DNA of 64,000 bases from Hyaloraphidium curvatum SAG 235-1. Lineage: Eukaryota; Fungi; Monoblepharomycota. The notes beneath the pieces were generated by a model. It made no database searches, was not told where the DNA came from, and saw only the letters and a list, made by a program, of their open reading frames with translations. Position numbers and translations under genes: made by a program. Positions 30,940-43,023 of the stretch are shown here, in pieces (the stretch's first letter is position 1; each line of letters starts with the position of its first letter). Location: positions 806,001 through 870,000 of the forward strand of contig JAIVFI010000006.1 of assembly GCA_025558095.1 (NCBI GenBank), written 5' to 3'.

Positions 30940-32595
30940 TCACCGACGATCGCGGTCGCGGTCCCGATCCCTGCTGTCCCGCCTCCGTTCCAGCGAGCCG
31001 CGGTCGCGCCTGTCGGGCGAACGCTCGCGGCGGGACGGCGAACGGTCGCGGGAATGGCCGCCTCGGCGGTGCTCCCCGTCCCGCCGATCCCTGTCGCGAT
31101 CCGCGTCCTCCTTCCTCCTTCCATTATCCCGGTCCCTGGCTCTGTGAGCATCAGGGGTGCGGCTCCGCCGCCGCGGGGAGCCGTCCCGTCTGGGGGAGCG
31201 GTCCCGCCTGGGAGACCTGTCGCGGCCGTGGTCCTTGCTTTCGCGCCGAGGGGGTGACCGTCGCGGCGGGGAAGGAGATCGACGGCGGGGTGGGGAGCGC
31301 CGCGGTGGGGAGGGAGAGCGGCGGCGTACCGGGGAGCGTTCAGCGCGAGGGGGGGAGCGGTCGCGGCGGGCTGGTGACCGGTCGCGGCGGGCGGGGGAGC
31401 GCGGCTTTTCCCTGTCGTCGCGGTTGCGTGAAGGAGACGGAGAGAGCTTGCGCGCGGGGGAGCGCCGCCGGTTTGGAGATGGAGATCTCCTCTTCGGCGA
31501 CCGGTCGCCCTTTGACTTCTTATCCTTGCGCTTCCTCCGATCCCGCTCCGAGTCCGAGCTAGACGACGATGACGAGGCCTTCCTCTTCTTGGCCTCCTTC
31601 TTCTCCTTGCGCTTCTTCTTCTTGAGCAGCAGCAGCGCCTCGTCCATGTCGGCCGGCTCGACCTTTTCGCCCCGTTCGAGCTTCTCCAGCAGGCGACGCT
31701 TGCGCTCCTTGTCCTCCTTCTTCTTCCGCGCCCGTTCGATCGCCTGCTGCGCCGCGACGTCGGCCTCGTCGTCCGACGCCACCAGATCGTACTGCTTGTA
31801 CCCCGGCTTGGGTGCCGGCGCCGGCCGCATCTCGACGCCGCCGCCCATCTCGCTCCCCGACCCCGCGTCCTGCTCCTCGGCCTGTTGCGGCCTATCCAGC
31901 TGCGAGAAGCACTCGGTCGCGATGTGACCCTTGCCCCCGCACCGCCTGCAAGTGGCATTGCGCATCGCGTCCTCGGCCCGCATCGGCTCGGGCTCCCAGG
32001 GGCCTTTGTTCCCGCCCGCCCGCCGGGCCAGGTCCGAGGCCATCTGAGCGCCGTTGGGGTCCAGGTCCGTGCCCTTGCTCTGGTCGGCGTACTTGAGCGA
32101 CAGTGCGACCTTGGTCCGCCCCGAGTCGTCCTTGTCCAGCGAGACGACCTTGGCAAAGACGGGGTCGCCAATGTCCAGCACGTCCGAGGGGCGGTCGACC
32201 TTGTACTTGCTAAGCTGCGACTTGTGGATCATCCCGTGCCGCCGCGGAAAGTCCTGCAGCTCCACGAACGCGCCGTACTCCTCCAGCCGCACGACCTTGC
32301 CCCTCTGGATCGAGTTGAGCGGGGGCACCGGGCCGTCGTCCCCACGCCTCGGGCCCCCGCCGCCGCCGCCGCCCCTGCCCTCCCTGCCCGGGCCAAAGTC
32401 CTTCGTGCGGTCCATCTCGTTGTACTGCGCGATGCGGTCGCCGTAGCCGCGGTCCTTCCGCACGATGCCCGACGGGTCGGGGCGGTCGATGCCTCCCGAC
32501 GCAAAGTCCAGCGACCGCCCGCCGGTGCCGAATCCGCGCAGCCCGGACCCGCGGTCGCGCGGGTAAAAGTCGTCGTCCTCGCCGCCCGAGTCCAT
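30940..32595 (-). CDS. S1 RNA-binding + CCHC zinc-knuckle protein with RS/RD tail (ZCCHC17/pNO40-like)
   Basis: S1 domain (GKVVRLEEYGAFVEL..GMIHKSQLS...VALSLKYADQSKGTDLDP), CRRCGGKGHIATEC, Lys-rich stretch and RSP repeats. Confidence 0.85.
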   Translation of the reverse strand: MDSGGEDDDFYPRDRGSGLRGFGTGGRSLDFASGGIDRPDPSGIVRKDRGYGDRIAQYNEMDRTKDFGPGREGRGGGGGGGPRRGDDGPVPPLNSIQRGKVVRLEEYGAFVELQDFPRRHGMIHKSQLSKYKVDRPSDVLDIGDPVFAKVVSLDKDDSGRTKVALSLKYADQSKGTDLDPNGAQMASDLARRAGGNKGPWEPEPMRAEDAMRNATCRRCGGKGHIATECFSQLDRPQQAEEQDAGSGSEMGGGVEMRPAPAPKPGYKQYDLVASDDEADVAAQQAIERARKKKEDKERKRRLLEKLERGEKVEPADMDEALLLLKKKKRKEKKEAKKRKASSSSSSSDSERDRRKRKDKKSKGDRSPKRRSPSPNRRRSPARKLSPSPSRNRDDREKPRSPARRDRSPARRDRSPPRAERSPVRRRSPSPPRRSPPRRRSPSPPRRSPPRRESKDHGRDRSPRRDRSPRRDGSPRRRSRTPDAHRARDRDNGRRKEDADRDRDRRDGEHRRGGHSRDRSPSRRERSPDRRDRGSLERRRDSRDRDRDRDRR

Positions 32596-32732
32596 CGCGG
32601 AAACGGCCAAGGAACGCGTCGGACAAAGGGACTTCCTGTGTTTGACCTGCTCAACCCTCGGCCCGCACAGGCTGCCGAGCCGCTTCCTGTTGCGGCTGAG
32701 GCGATTGGGTTCTCCGCGTATTGAAACCCACA

Positions 32733-33761
32733 ATGCGGTACCCGCCGATGCCCGGCGTCTCCCAGCGCCGCGTCGCTCTCCCGACCGGTGTCTCCCTCGA
32801 CCTCCTCGAATCCGGCCCTTCCGACGGCCCCGCGCTCGTGTTCCTCCACGGCTTCCCCGAGCTCTCCTACTCATGGAGGCACCAACTCGTCGCCTTTGCC
32901 CGCGAGGGGTTCCACTGCCTCGCCCCGGACCAGCGCGGCTATGGCGGATCGTCGCGCCCCGCTAAAGTTGAGGACTACGGCACCGACAGCCTGTGCGCGG
33001 ACGCAATCGCGCTGCTGGACGCCGTCAAGGGCAAGGGCTCCAAGGCCGTGTTCGTGGGGCACGACTGGGGTGCCTGGATCGTGCAGGACCTCACCCGGCT
33101 GTACCCGGAGCGCTGCCGTGCCGCGGTCTACGTCTCTGTCCCCTTTTCCAACTGGAAGGCACCGCCCACCGAGGTGTTCAGGAAGCTCTACGGCGACAAG
33201 TTCTTCTATATCATCTACTTCAACGACTTCATCGGACCCCCCGAGCGGGAATTCGAGGCCGACCCGCGGGAGACCATGCGGAGGATGCTCTGGTCCGTCG
33301 CCGGCGAGAACGCCGACGCCGCAGCTAGCATGTACCCCGACCGCCCGGCCGAGGGCGGCACCTACTACGGGAAGGACGATAAGACCCCGCCGGGACTCCC
33401 GCCGTGGTGCACCGAGGCCGACCTGGACGTGTACGCGGCCGCGTTCAGGGAGAGCGGGTTCTTCGGGCCCGTGAGCTACTACCGCAACCTGGACGCCAAC
33501 TACAAGCGCCTGCTCGCGTACCCCCCTTCGCGCGTCACATTCCCGGTCTTCTTCATCGGGGGCTCGAGGGACCCGGTGATTTCTGTCAGGCTGGACAGCG
33601 TCGACGGGGCGCACAAGCACATCCCTGGGTACAAGGGGTCCGCGGTGATCAAGGGGCCGGGGCACTGGACGCAGCAGGAGGCGCCGGAGGAGTTCAACGC
33701 GGCGCTGCTGGGGTTCCTCAGGGGGCTGGAGGGGGACACGGGCAGCAAGCCGTCGTTGTGA
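32733..33761 (+). CDS. Epoxide hydrolase (alpha/beta hydrolase), intronless
   Basis: FLHGFPE, APDQRGYG, VGHDWGA nucleophile, YYRN and GHWTQQEAPEEFN. Confidence 0.92.
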   Translation: MRYPPMPGVSQRRVALPTGVSLDLLESGPSDGPALVFLHGFPELSYSWRHQLVAFAREGFHCLAPDQRGYGGSSRPAKVEDYGTDSLCADAIALLDAVKGKGSKAVFVGHDWGAWIVQDLTRLYPERCRAAVYVSVPFSNWKAPPTEVFRKLYGDKFFYIIYFNDFIGPPEREFEADPRETMRRMLWSVAGENADAAASMYPDRPAEGGTYYGKDDKTPPGLPPWCTEADLDVYAAAFRESGFFGPVSYYRNLDANYKRLLAYPPSRVTFPVFFIGGSRDPVISVRLDSVDGAHKHIPGYKGSAVIKGPGHWTQQEAPEEFNAALLGFLRGLEGDTGSKPSL

Positions 33762-33880
33762 GCTTGGAAGATGGTCCATCCCGGACGGCAGATGCAGTAG
33801 TTGGCGCAGAGAAGGAGCGAAAAGGGCATTCAATTGTCAATCATCATCAAGAGACAAAGTCATCCAGAAGGCCAAGACCA

Positions 33881-35748
33881 TCAGAACATCTTCTTCCACC
33901 TCGCGATCCCAAAGGCCACGCAGCCCACGACTACGCACAGCATGCAGAAACCAAAGAACGGCCAGTAGCTCTCGTCCGTTGGGTCGCCGTCGGTTTGCCA
34001 GGGAACGCGGACTGTGGGTCAAGACACAGCACCAGTCCGTCAGCCCGTGACCAGGCTCACCGAGAGTCAATCCGACCCACCGTTGACGGACCACAGGCCC
34101 AGGATCAGGTTCAGCGGCACGATCACGGATGCGATCAGCGTCAGCTTCGCCGACATGTTGTTGCTCTCGCTGCTCGCTTCCTGGATCTCGATGTTGACCC
34201 TGTTCAAGCACGTGGCATCCGCGTGAACTTAGAGCAGGATCCACGTCGCGCAATGTCGCACCTCGCGAGGTAGGTCCCGTGCGCCCGGGCCAGCGTCTGC
34301 TCCTGGAACTGCAGGTTTGAGAGAAGCCCCGCCACCGAGTCGCCGATGTCCGAAAGGTACAGCGCCAGCTCCGAGATCCCCCTCTCCGAGTAGAACGGGA
34401 GCAGCCTCCTCCGCGCGTGCTTGAGCGCCGACGGCTTCCCCGCCAGCAGGCGCAGCAGCGACATGACCCTCTTCTTGGTGCGGATGATACTCCTCAGCAG
34501 CTCCTCCTGGCTCTGCCGGCGCAGCTCCACCACGAGGTCGTCGATCGACGTCGACTCGGCGTCCGTGGCCTGCACTTGCGGCGCGAACCCGTCGCACACG
34601 GCGTGCAGCAGCGCGTAGGCGAGCCAGTGCGTGCCCGTGGACATGCCGTAGCCTTCGAGAGAGGAGAGGCGCGAGTAGACCTGCGAGATCACGGGGAGCG
34701 GGCGCGAGTGGAAGGTGAGGATCCACTGCGGGCCAGCCGCGGCGCCCGACCGGGTCCCGGCGCGGTCAGCGCCGACGACGGCGTGCAGGCTGACGCCGCG
34801 AAGCTCGTCCTCGGGTTCTTGTGCCGTTTCGTCGGGGGGTTCCAGGGCACGCACAAGGATCAGATAGTAGCCCGGGAAGCTCTCGAACTTTTCGCGGCCC
34901 TCGGTGGCCCCTGAGCCTGAGCGGATGCGCCCCTCGATGATGTCCTCGGCGGTGAGCGGGTGCAGCCCAAAGACGCGGCTGAACATGAACATCTCCGAGT
35001 CGGTGACGTTGAGGATGTCGATCCAGAACCATGGCTGCGCGGCGAGCAGGGCGGGCGAGAAGCTGAAGGTCGTCGAGGTCTCGGGCGAGCTCAGGTTGGG
35101 GGAGTGCAGGACGAAGCGGATGCGAGGGAGGCCCGGCCGGCGCTGGAACTTGGTCTTGGCGCGAAAGTAGCTCACGTCCGTGGGGCTCTTGCTCGAGTCG
35201 TCCGGCGACGGCAGCCCGCCTTTCAGGTTACTCCTCTGCCACTGCTCCAGGAACTCCAAGTCCAGGCCTTTGCGTGTGTGGGCCTCCTGTTCGCGCTTCT
35301 TGGCCCTTTCCTTGTCGATGGCCATGAACACGGCCTGGCGGAGCCGGCTTCCAGGCTGCCCGCCCTGTCCCGCATCCGATGAAAACCGGCGCGGGTGGTC
35401 CCTGTAGTTTGCCAGCATCTCGTCGGCTTCGGCGGTGCCAATGACCGATTCCCCGTCGCTGTCGTCGTCCTCCGAGTCTCCCGAGCCAAACGACGTGCTC
35501 TTCTCGATGTTGCCCACCACCGTCGCCCGCCGCACCGGGCCGTCGCCCACATTTACGGAGCGGTGGCGGTGCAGGATGAACTGGTCGTGCAGCGCGTGCG
35601 GGGTGCTCCCGGGCTCGCGCGTGCCGAGGAGGAAGTCCTCGGCGTCCGACAATTCCGGCGGCGCCGGTTCCATCTCGACCACCGTCGCGTCCGCGGGCGC
35701 GCCGCCGGGCTCGATGTACATCGTTTGCAGGTGCGTATCTGAAGCCAT
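33881..35748 (-). CDS. CorA/Alr1/Mnr2-family divalent cation transporter, paralog A (GMN replaced by SVN)
   Basis: WFWIDI, FGLHPLTAEDI, REKFE, ILTFH, YALLHAVCDGFAP, LYLSDIGD. Spliced C-terminus PLNLILGLWSVNVRVPW plus TM2. Confidence 0.88.
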
Positions 35749-36720
35749 CGCGATTGTCTGGGTGTCTCTTTGATTCCGGACGAGGCGAGTCACCGGTGGG
35801 CAAAGCCAGGCACGGATTTTCCGCACGGTCGACGTGTCCCTTTCACCCTTCCCGAACAGACAAGATGGATCGAATAGCTGCGTAGAAACACGGATGGATT
35901 TCAAGTGTCTGCGAGGTCGTCTCTGCCGGCCTTTGATGCCCGCCGCAGTCAAAGTTCGCGGGCCTGGCTTCCACCTGCCGCAAAGTACCCTTCGCATCTT
36001 CCACCACTACGTCACCACTGCAGCATTATGCACTCCGACGGGCACCCATCCCGGCCCCAGATTGCTGCCCGCACGAGGGGCTGCTCTTGGTCGCTCGGAT
36101 CCAGCTCGACGTCGTGCACTGCGGCCTTTCCCTGGTCGTCCAGATAGTAGACCTCTGCTGCCTCCCCGGCACAGCAACCGCACCCTGGTCGCAATGTCAA
36201 GCGGCATGGTAATGAGATGGGGACTGGGGACGAGGGAACGCACCGACGCAGTTCTCGCGGTCAATGACGATGAGTTCGCGCGCGCTGGGCATTCCGGGCG
36301 CCGTAATCGCGCGCCTGCGACAAGGGAGGAGCAGACGATGGTTTCCAAAGACCACCCGGTCCGGAGAGACCGCGGAATTGTCGCGATGGTGTACCCTCGA
36401 TTTTGGGCGACGAGCGCGAGCACCCGTCGATCCCGCGCCGCGAGTCAAATGTACTTGGTCGATTTGGCATCGTATTCATCCCATCGTCTGGATTCATCGA
36501 CGTTGCTCAGGCTCTGGCGCGTTTCGCGTGGCAGGGCAATCGCGTGACGCGTCGCCACACCTCGCAAAGAAACTCCGAAACTCCGGGCGCGCTCTCCAGC
36601 GATTAACGCGGAGCGGCGCCTTTATTGTGCGTTTGGATCTCCTCGGCATCGCCTTGACGCCTGGTTTCGAGGCCGATAGCCTCGCGTCCCCGTCCCCGTC
36701 TCCCACGGAACCTGGACAAA

Positions 36721-38411
36721 ATGCCTCCCGCCGACGATTACGTCGACCCGCCGAACAAGGTCGCCCTCGTCATCGGCGGCAACGGCGTCACGGGCAGCTA
36801 CATCGTCGAGTACCTCCTATCCCTGCCTTCGGCGTCGTGGGCCAGGGTCATCGCGATCAGCCGGAAGCCCCCGTTCGCCCCATGGCTGCGCGAGATGAGG
36901 GACATTGCCGGCTCGGGCGTGGCCGAAGCGGACGTCGAGGCCGTGGCCAAGGCGGGCGGGACGACGGGGAGGCTGAGCTGGGTGTGCAGCGACCTGCTCG
37001 AGGATTCGCATGAGGTCGTGGAGGAGAAGCTGAAGGCCGTGGGCGGGGATGGGATCACGCACGTGTTTTACGCCGGCTACGTCGTGGTGGATGGGTGGAT
37101 GGGGCCCAAGGAGCGGGCGGCGAACGCCAAGCTGTTTGACGTCGGGGTGGGGGCGGCGGCCAAAGTCGCTGCAAAGGCGATGAGGAGGATCGTCCTTCAG
37201 GTGAGTCCGAGGCGTTCAAGCGGGCTCAGGGGGCACTCAGATCATTCCGCTTCACCGACAGGTCGGCGCCAAGTGGTACGGCTTCCACACCAAGTATACG
37301 GTTTGCCCGTTGACAGAGGAGGACGAACCCGACCCGAAGGGCGCCGACTTCTACCTGTTGGTCATCCAACTGTTGCCCATTCACACACTTGCCTTATCTG
37401 CTCATTGCCAGCGACCAATGGGCCTCGGCCAAGCGCCTCTCCGAAGCCTCGGGCGGCCAGTTCGACTGGACCGTCACCATCCCGACCGGCATCTACGGGT
37501 TCGCGAGGTCCTCCTACATGAACTCGGCCACAACGTTTGCGCTCTATGCCGCCGTGCAGGCCTTCAGGGGCGAGCCGCTCGAGTTCCCCGGGAGCAAGGA
37601 GAGGTGGATCGTCGGCAACGATTTCATCGATTCGATGTTGCTCGCCAAGTTCGACGTCTGGGCGGGGACGACCGGCAAGTGCGGCGGGGAGTGCTTCAAC
37701 GTCTCCAACGGGTCGGTTCTCCCGCGAACAAGACCAGGGATTATGAATTCTCAATGCTCACTCTTTAGCTCCGTCTTCACCCACGAATGGCTCTGGCCTT
37801 GGCTGTGCAAGCAGTTCGGCTGTAAGATGCCCGACCTGGACCGTGAGCTGCAACAGCTTTACATTTGCTGATTTCCGAGCCTGACGACGTCTTCTTAGCT
37901 ACGACGCACGCTCCGACCAAGTCGGTCTCGGTCCAGGAGCTCATGACTGGGCGCGTGCTTCCCACTCCGGCGAGCAGCACCACCCTGGACGCAGACCTCG
38001 CCAAGGTTGTCCCCGTCGACAGCAAGGAGAACTTTGCCGAAAGGGCTTGGCGGGAGATGTGCGAGAAGTACCCCGGCATGGATCCGGAGGCCATCAAGTG
38101 GGCGACGTGGTGGTGGGTGTTGGTCTTTCAGCTGGCATTGGAGATGTCTGTTGACGGTGCGACCATTCAGGTTCATCGAGTTTGGACAGACACCTGGCGT
38201 CTACAAGGTCGGCATCCCCGTGCTGGTTGCCCGATCTCGCAATCTCATCCACTACATCTTGCAGATGATCCTGCTCAACTCGGACAAGGGCAGGCGCTTC
38301 GGCTTCAAGGAGTACACGGACCCCAGGGCGTCCTTCGCAGACACGTTCGAGCGGATGAAGCGGGCGGGCGCCCTTCCTCCTTTTGTCGGGACGGGAAAGG
38401 GCCCGCAGTAG
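36721..38411 (+). CDS. Atypical SDR / NAD(P)-dependent reductase (PRISE/SirQ-like), multi-exon
   Basis: VALVIGGNGVTGSYIV, ITHVFYAGY, spliced LQ-VGAKWYG, DFY, FNVSNG and KGRRFGF. Confidence 0.8.
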
Positions 38412-38548
38412 GAGCTTGAGAGACGATGAGATTAGACGACTCTTCCTCCTCGACCTCTGTTTGCGGGTGCAGGCGTGACTTTAGTCCCATCGCTCCAGGC
38501 ACCTCCCTTCGCCCCCTCGACGCCGGTCGCCCGAGCTGGGGACCCGCC

Positions 38549-40627
38549 ATGGCGGGCGGCGCCGACGGCCGGCTCATCCTGGCCATCGACCTCGACTACT
38601 TCTACGCGGCGTGCGAGATCATCGCGGACCCGACCCTGACGCGCGACATGCCCGTCGGCGTGCAGCAGAAGCAGATCATCGTGACGTGCAACTACCCCGC
38701 ACGCGAACGGGGCGTCAAGAAGCTGCAGCTGCTGAAGGACTCGCTGGCCGCCTGCCCGGACCTGGTCGTGCGGGACGGGTCCGACATCCAGAAGTACCGG
38801 CGCGCAAGCACGCGAATCTGGGAGGTCCTGGCGCGTGCCATCGGGGTCTGGGGCACCATTTGGCAAGAGGCTGGCCTACCGGAGCCGCGGTTGGTGACCT
38901 CCGAGGTCAGCTGGCCGGAAGACGAACCGCCTTTGGACCCGGCTGTTGTCGACGCGCTCGCAACCAAGCTGGAACGGCTGGGCCTCGACGAGTTCTTTCT
39001 CGACGTAACTGCTCTCGTGGACCATCATTTGAGCGAGGCCGAGCTGGTGGCAGAGGACGAAGAGCAGGGCGAAGGCTGCTGGTTTGCTCTTCCTCTGTTT
39101 CGCGATCCCGTGAACCCGTCCTTCGTCTCCACCGGCTTTCGCTACCACCCGTTTAACCTTCCGAGGGACACCCAGCTGATTGGCGACTCCTCATCTGGAC
39201 TTCCGCGTCGGCTCCTTGCCGCTGCCCACCTCGCTCGGCACCTACGAGAGCTCCTCAGAAAGCTCACGCGCTTCACCACCTCGTGCGGCATCTCCTCCTC
39301 GAAGGTGCTTGCCAAGCTCGCCAGCGACGTACGTAAACCGGACGGGCAGTCGATCCTGCCCGACGCAGCGAGGGAGGGGTTCATTTCGACGATTGAGATC
39401 GGACGTTTCCAAGGAATTGGTTGGAAGATGCGCCGGGACCTGGAGGAGTGGCTGGGTGGCCGCTCGGTGAATGCCGATGGGACTCATAACGCGTCCGTAC
39501 CCTGGCCGGCACCGGAAGACGTGTCAAAGAAGCGAAAGCGTCCCGTCGGCGTGGAGGTGGATATTGACGAGCTTCCCGACGACGCCCCATATCTGGAAGG
39601 CGGCGACATGGACTCGAACGGGTTCGACGCCGGGGACGATGCCCAAATGGCCTTGCTGAATCCGGCCAACTGGCATTCTGACGGCTCGCCTCGCCTCCCC
39701 ACGCACTCCAAGCTGACTCCCTCGCACCTGCTCCCCATCCTCACGAAGTCGAATCCCCCTCCCTCCCTCACGGCCCTCTTGGACCGCCATCCCTCCTTGC
39801 TCCCGCTGCTGAACGGGATCGACGAGACCCCGGTCAAGATGACCACGCTCCCCATCTCGATCTCGATAGAAGACTCGTTCCGCTGCCATGGCACCGCCGA
39901 CGCGTGGCGTCGCCTGGCGGATCTGGTGACCTGGCTCATCGAACGGCTAGAGGAGGAGGAGATGACGGAACCGAACTCGCCCGAGGGGCTCAAGAGGAAG
40001 TGGCGGCGCTTCCCGCGCACGCTGCGGCTTTCCCTGCGGAGGCGGTCCCTGCCCTACCACGCCTCCCGCGAATCCAAGACCATCGCGACGCCATACTCCC
40101 TCCTGGACACCGCCACGGACATGGACGCCCGCGTTGCCAAGACGGTTCGCGCGATCGAGGGCCCTTTCCGCGCGCTGCTCCTCGCCCATCCCTACCCCGG
40201 CTCGACGGAAGCGGAACGGCTGGATGCGGCGGCCAAGGACATGGTCATACTCAACCTCGCTGTGACGGGCTTCCAGAAGGAGTGGGCGCAGGGAAGCGCG
40301 GACATTGGCAAGTTCCTCGTGCGGAAGGAGCCCGGCGCCGCGGAGCCAGCACCCGAGGGCGGGCAGCAGCAGGCCAAGGACGCCCCGCCCGCGAAGCCGT
40401 TCTTTGCAGACCGCCCCGAGGCCGTGCCGAAGGATAAGCCGGTACCGGCGGCGGTGCTGGAGAAGCTCGGGATCGACCCGAAGACGTTCGCGGAGCTGCC
40501 GCCCGAGATTCGCGCCGAGATCCTCCGCAACGGCACGCCGCAGGACGGGACCGCGCGGCCGCTGCCACCTCCTCGGCCCGAGAAGAGGAAAGGAGGGCCG
40601 ATGGACCGGTTCCTGCGCCAAGGTTGA
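38549..40627 (+). CDS. Y-family DNA polymerase, iota-like, with C-terminal UBM
   Basis: IDLDYFYAACE, GVQQKQIIVTCNYPAR, LGLDEFFLD, KVLAKLASDVRKPDGQ, GIG, UBM-like IDPKTFAELPPEIRAEIL. Confidence 0.88.
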   Translation: MAGGADGRLILAIDLDYFYAACEIIADPTLTRDMPVGVQQKQIIVTCNYPARERGVKKLQLLKDSLAACPDLVVRDGSDIQKYRRASTRIWEVLARAIGVWGTIWQEAGLPEPRLVTSEVSWPEDEPPLDPAVVDALATKLERLGLDEFFLDVTALVDHHLSEAELVAEDEEQGEGCWFALPLFRDPVNPSFVSTGFRYHPFNLPRDTQLIGDSSSGLPRRLLAAAHLARHLRELLRKLTRFTTSCGISSSKVLAKLASDVRKPDGQSILPDAAREGFISTIEIGRFQGIGWKMRRDLEEWLGGRSVNADGTHNASVPWPAPEDVSKKRKRPVGVEVDIDELPDDAPYLEGGDMDSNGFDAGDDAQMALLNPANWHSDGSPRLPTHSKLTPSHLLPILTKSNPPPSLTALLDRHPSLLPLLNGIDETPVKMTTLPISISIEDSFRCHGTADAWRRLADLVTWLIERLEEEEMTEPNSPEGLKRKWRRFPRTLRLSLRRRSLPYHASRESKTIATPYSLLDTATDMDARVAKTVRAIEGPFRALLLAHPYPGSTEAERLDAAAKDMVILNLAVTGFQKEWAQGSADIGKFLVRKEPGAAEPAPEGGQQQAKDAPPAKPFFADRPEAVPKDKPVPAAVLEKLGIDPKTFAELPPEIRAEILRNGTPQDGTARPLPPPRPEKRKGGPMDRFLRQG

Positions 40628-40690
40628 GGTCGGGAAACGGTGTACTGAGGCAGCCCAACACGAGAGAGCATCCTAGCCCGATTCAACACG

Positions 40691-42627
40691 TCAGAGCATC
40701 CCCTTGAGGTACGCCCACGTGAGCACCGTGACGATGATGGCCGCCACGATGCAGGCGAAGGTGATGAAGGGGATCAGGTTGTCCTGGTCCGGGTTTCCGT
40801 CCGACTGCCAGGGAACCCGCATGTTCATGCCTGGCGGAGCGGCGTGAGACCAGGGCGCGCAACAGAGGCAACCAGGTGAAACCTACCCCACATGCCGGTC
40901 AGCAGATTGAACGGCACGATGATACTGGCGAGCAACGTGACTGCGGGAAAGCTCAGCACGAGGATTGACGTGCTCAGCCGCAATGAGGTGCCCACCTCGA
41001 TTCGTCATGTCGTTCGAGTTGGCCGTCGACGCCGAGATCTCGATTTGGATCCTGAAAGGCATGGTTACCTGGGGATGTTAGTCGACGAGACTATTGGAGC
41101 CCACCTTGCCAGGTACGAGTTGTGCGCCCGAGCCAACGTCTGCTCCTGGAATTGAAGGTTGCTCATCATGCCCGTAACGTTGTCCCCGACGTCCGACAGG
41201 TACAGCGCCAGCTCCGAGATCCCGAGTTCGTTGAACCGGCTCTGCAGCCTCCGCTTCATGCTCTTCAGGGTCACGGGCTTGCCCGACAGCAGCCGCATCA
41301 GCCCCATCACCCGCTTCTTGCTCTCGTTGATCCGCGCCACCATCTCCTCCTGGCTCTCCTTGCGCAGCATCCCCACGAGCTCCTCGATGCTCGCGGCCTC
41401 CATCTCGGTCGACCGCACCTGCGGCGCGAACCCGTCGCAGACGGCGTCCAGCAGCGCGTAGCAGATCCAGTCCGGGCCCGCCGACATGTCGTACGTCTGC
41501 AGCATCTGGTGCCGCCTGTGCACGGCGGCGACGGCGGGGAGCGGGCGGCTGTGGAAGGAGAGGATCCACGGCGGGGCCGATTTGCTGCTCCCCATGGAGA
41601 CGGCGATGTTGAGGTTCAGCCCGCGGATCTCGTCCGCGTCCTCGCCGTCCTCGTCGTCCATGGGGTCGATGGCCCGAAAGAGCACGAAGAAGTAGCCCGG
41701 GTAGAGCTGCAGCTTCTCCCGGCCCTCGTAGCCAAAGTCGCCCGAGCGGATCCTGCCCTCGATGATGTCCTCGGCCGTGAGCGGGTGCAGGCCAAACACC
41801 TTGGAGAACATGACCATCTCCGAGTCGGTCACGTCCAGCACGTCGATCCAGAACCACGGCTGGGCCGCGAGCAGGGCGGGGGAGAAGCTGAAGTTGGGGG
41901 AGTGGACGGGGTTCGCGAGGTCCGGGGAGTGGAGGACGAAGCGCGTGACCTGCGGCACGCCGTTGAGTTCATATGACGAGGAGGTGGAGCCGGACTGCAG
42001 GAGCAGGCAAGTCAGACGGGGCCAAGCCGGCGCCAACGTTGGTTCCGTCACCTTGAAGGGGCCCGAGATGCCGTTGGAATCCTTCTTCTCCGCGAACCTG
42101 ACAGCCGACTCCTGCCACTTGGCCAAAAACTCCAAATCCAGCCCGCCCGTCTCGATGTGTTTCGGAGAGTCTTTTGGCTTGCCGCCCGTCAACGAAGCCC
42201 GGGGCTCCCTTATCCGCTCCGCGGGAACCACGTCGTCCCCGTCGTCCAGGTCCAGCGAGTCCAGATCCCCCTCCTCGTCGCTCTCGTGACCGGCGTCGTC
42301 CATGTAGTCGTAGCCGGGCAGGCTCCCGACCACAGACCGCCGCCTGCCGCGGACGTTTGCCGCCGTCCGCACCGGCGACACCGGCGACACCAGCGGCGGG
42401 CCGAGGCCGCCATCGCCCTCGCCGTCCATTCCCTGTTGCCGCATGAGCAGGAAAAAGTCCGAGGTCGGGCCCTGCGCCTCCGGGGTGCCGAGCAGGTTGC
42501 GCGGCGACATGGGCACCATGTTGGGCGACGCCGGCCCGAGGCCCGTGCTGCTCGCCGTCCGCGTGGGGAGCAGCGGCGACGGCGGCGCAGCATTGGCCTC
42601 CAAACGCGCGGATCCGGAGGCCGACAT
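40691..42627 (-). CDS. CorA/Alr1/Mnr2-family Mg2+ transporter, paralog B (canonical GMN)
   Basis: FGLHPLTAEDI, WICYALLDAVCDGFAP, LYLSDVGD. Spliced LLTGMWGMNMRVPW plus TM2. Confidence 0.9.
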
Positions 42628-43023
42628 GGCGTCCCGAAGGGCCCGGGGATCCGCGAGAAATCGAGCTTCTGCGGGTGGCGGAGCACGTGGACAGGCCACG
42701 ACGCCGAGTCGTCAACACCGACGATCTCCCGTGAAAGCTCCTTCCTGCTACTCTACAGGAGATGCAATGATAGTGCGGGCGCTAACTGTCGAAGATTCCT
42801 GGGAGAATGATGGGGAAAAGCTCGACCAACCGTCGACTTCGCGGAAGCGACGACCTCGGACTTGACGGGGCACGATGCGAGGTATCGGGAACCGTAGATG
42901 CTCAAGCGACCTTGGTATCTGACTAGCAAATGCAGTAAGTGCTATACATCTCGGCGCTGTGAAGCGCAAGAACCCCGCTACATGCTCCCTGGTCACACCG
43001 ATCTAGCGAAGCCTGCTCGCCGC

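Noticed and set aside
33745-33761. Peroxisomal PTS1 on the epoxide hydrolase
   Set aside because: The C-terminus is PSL, not a canonical SKL-type signal; unsupported.
35760-36720. ORFs or an RNA gene in the ~1-kb gap between CorA-A and the reductase
   Set aside because: No coding signature, tRNA cloverleaf or other structure recognised; treated as a divergent promoter region.
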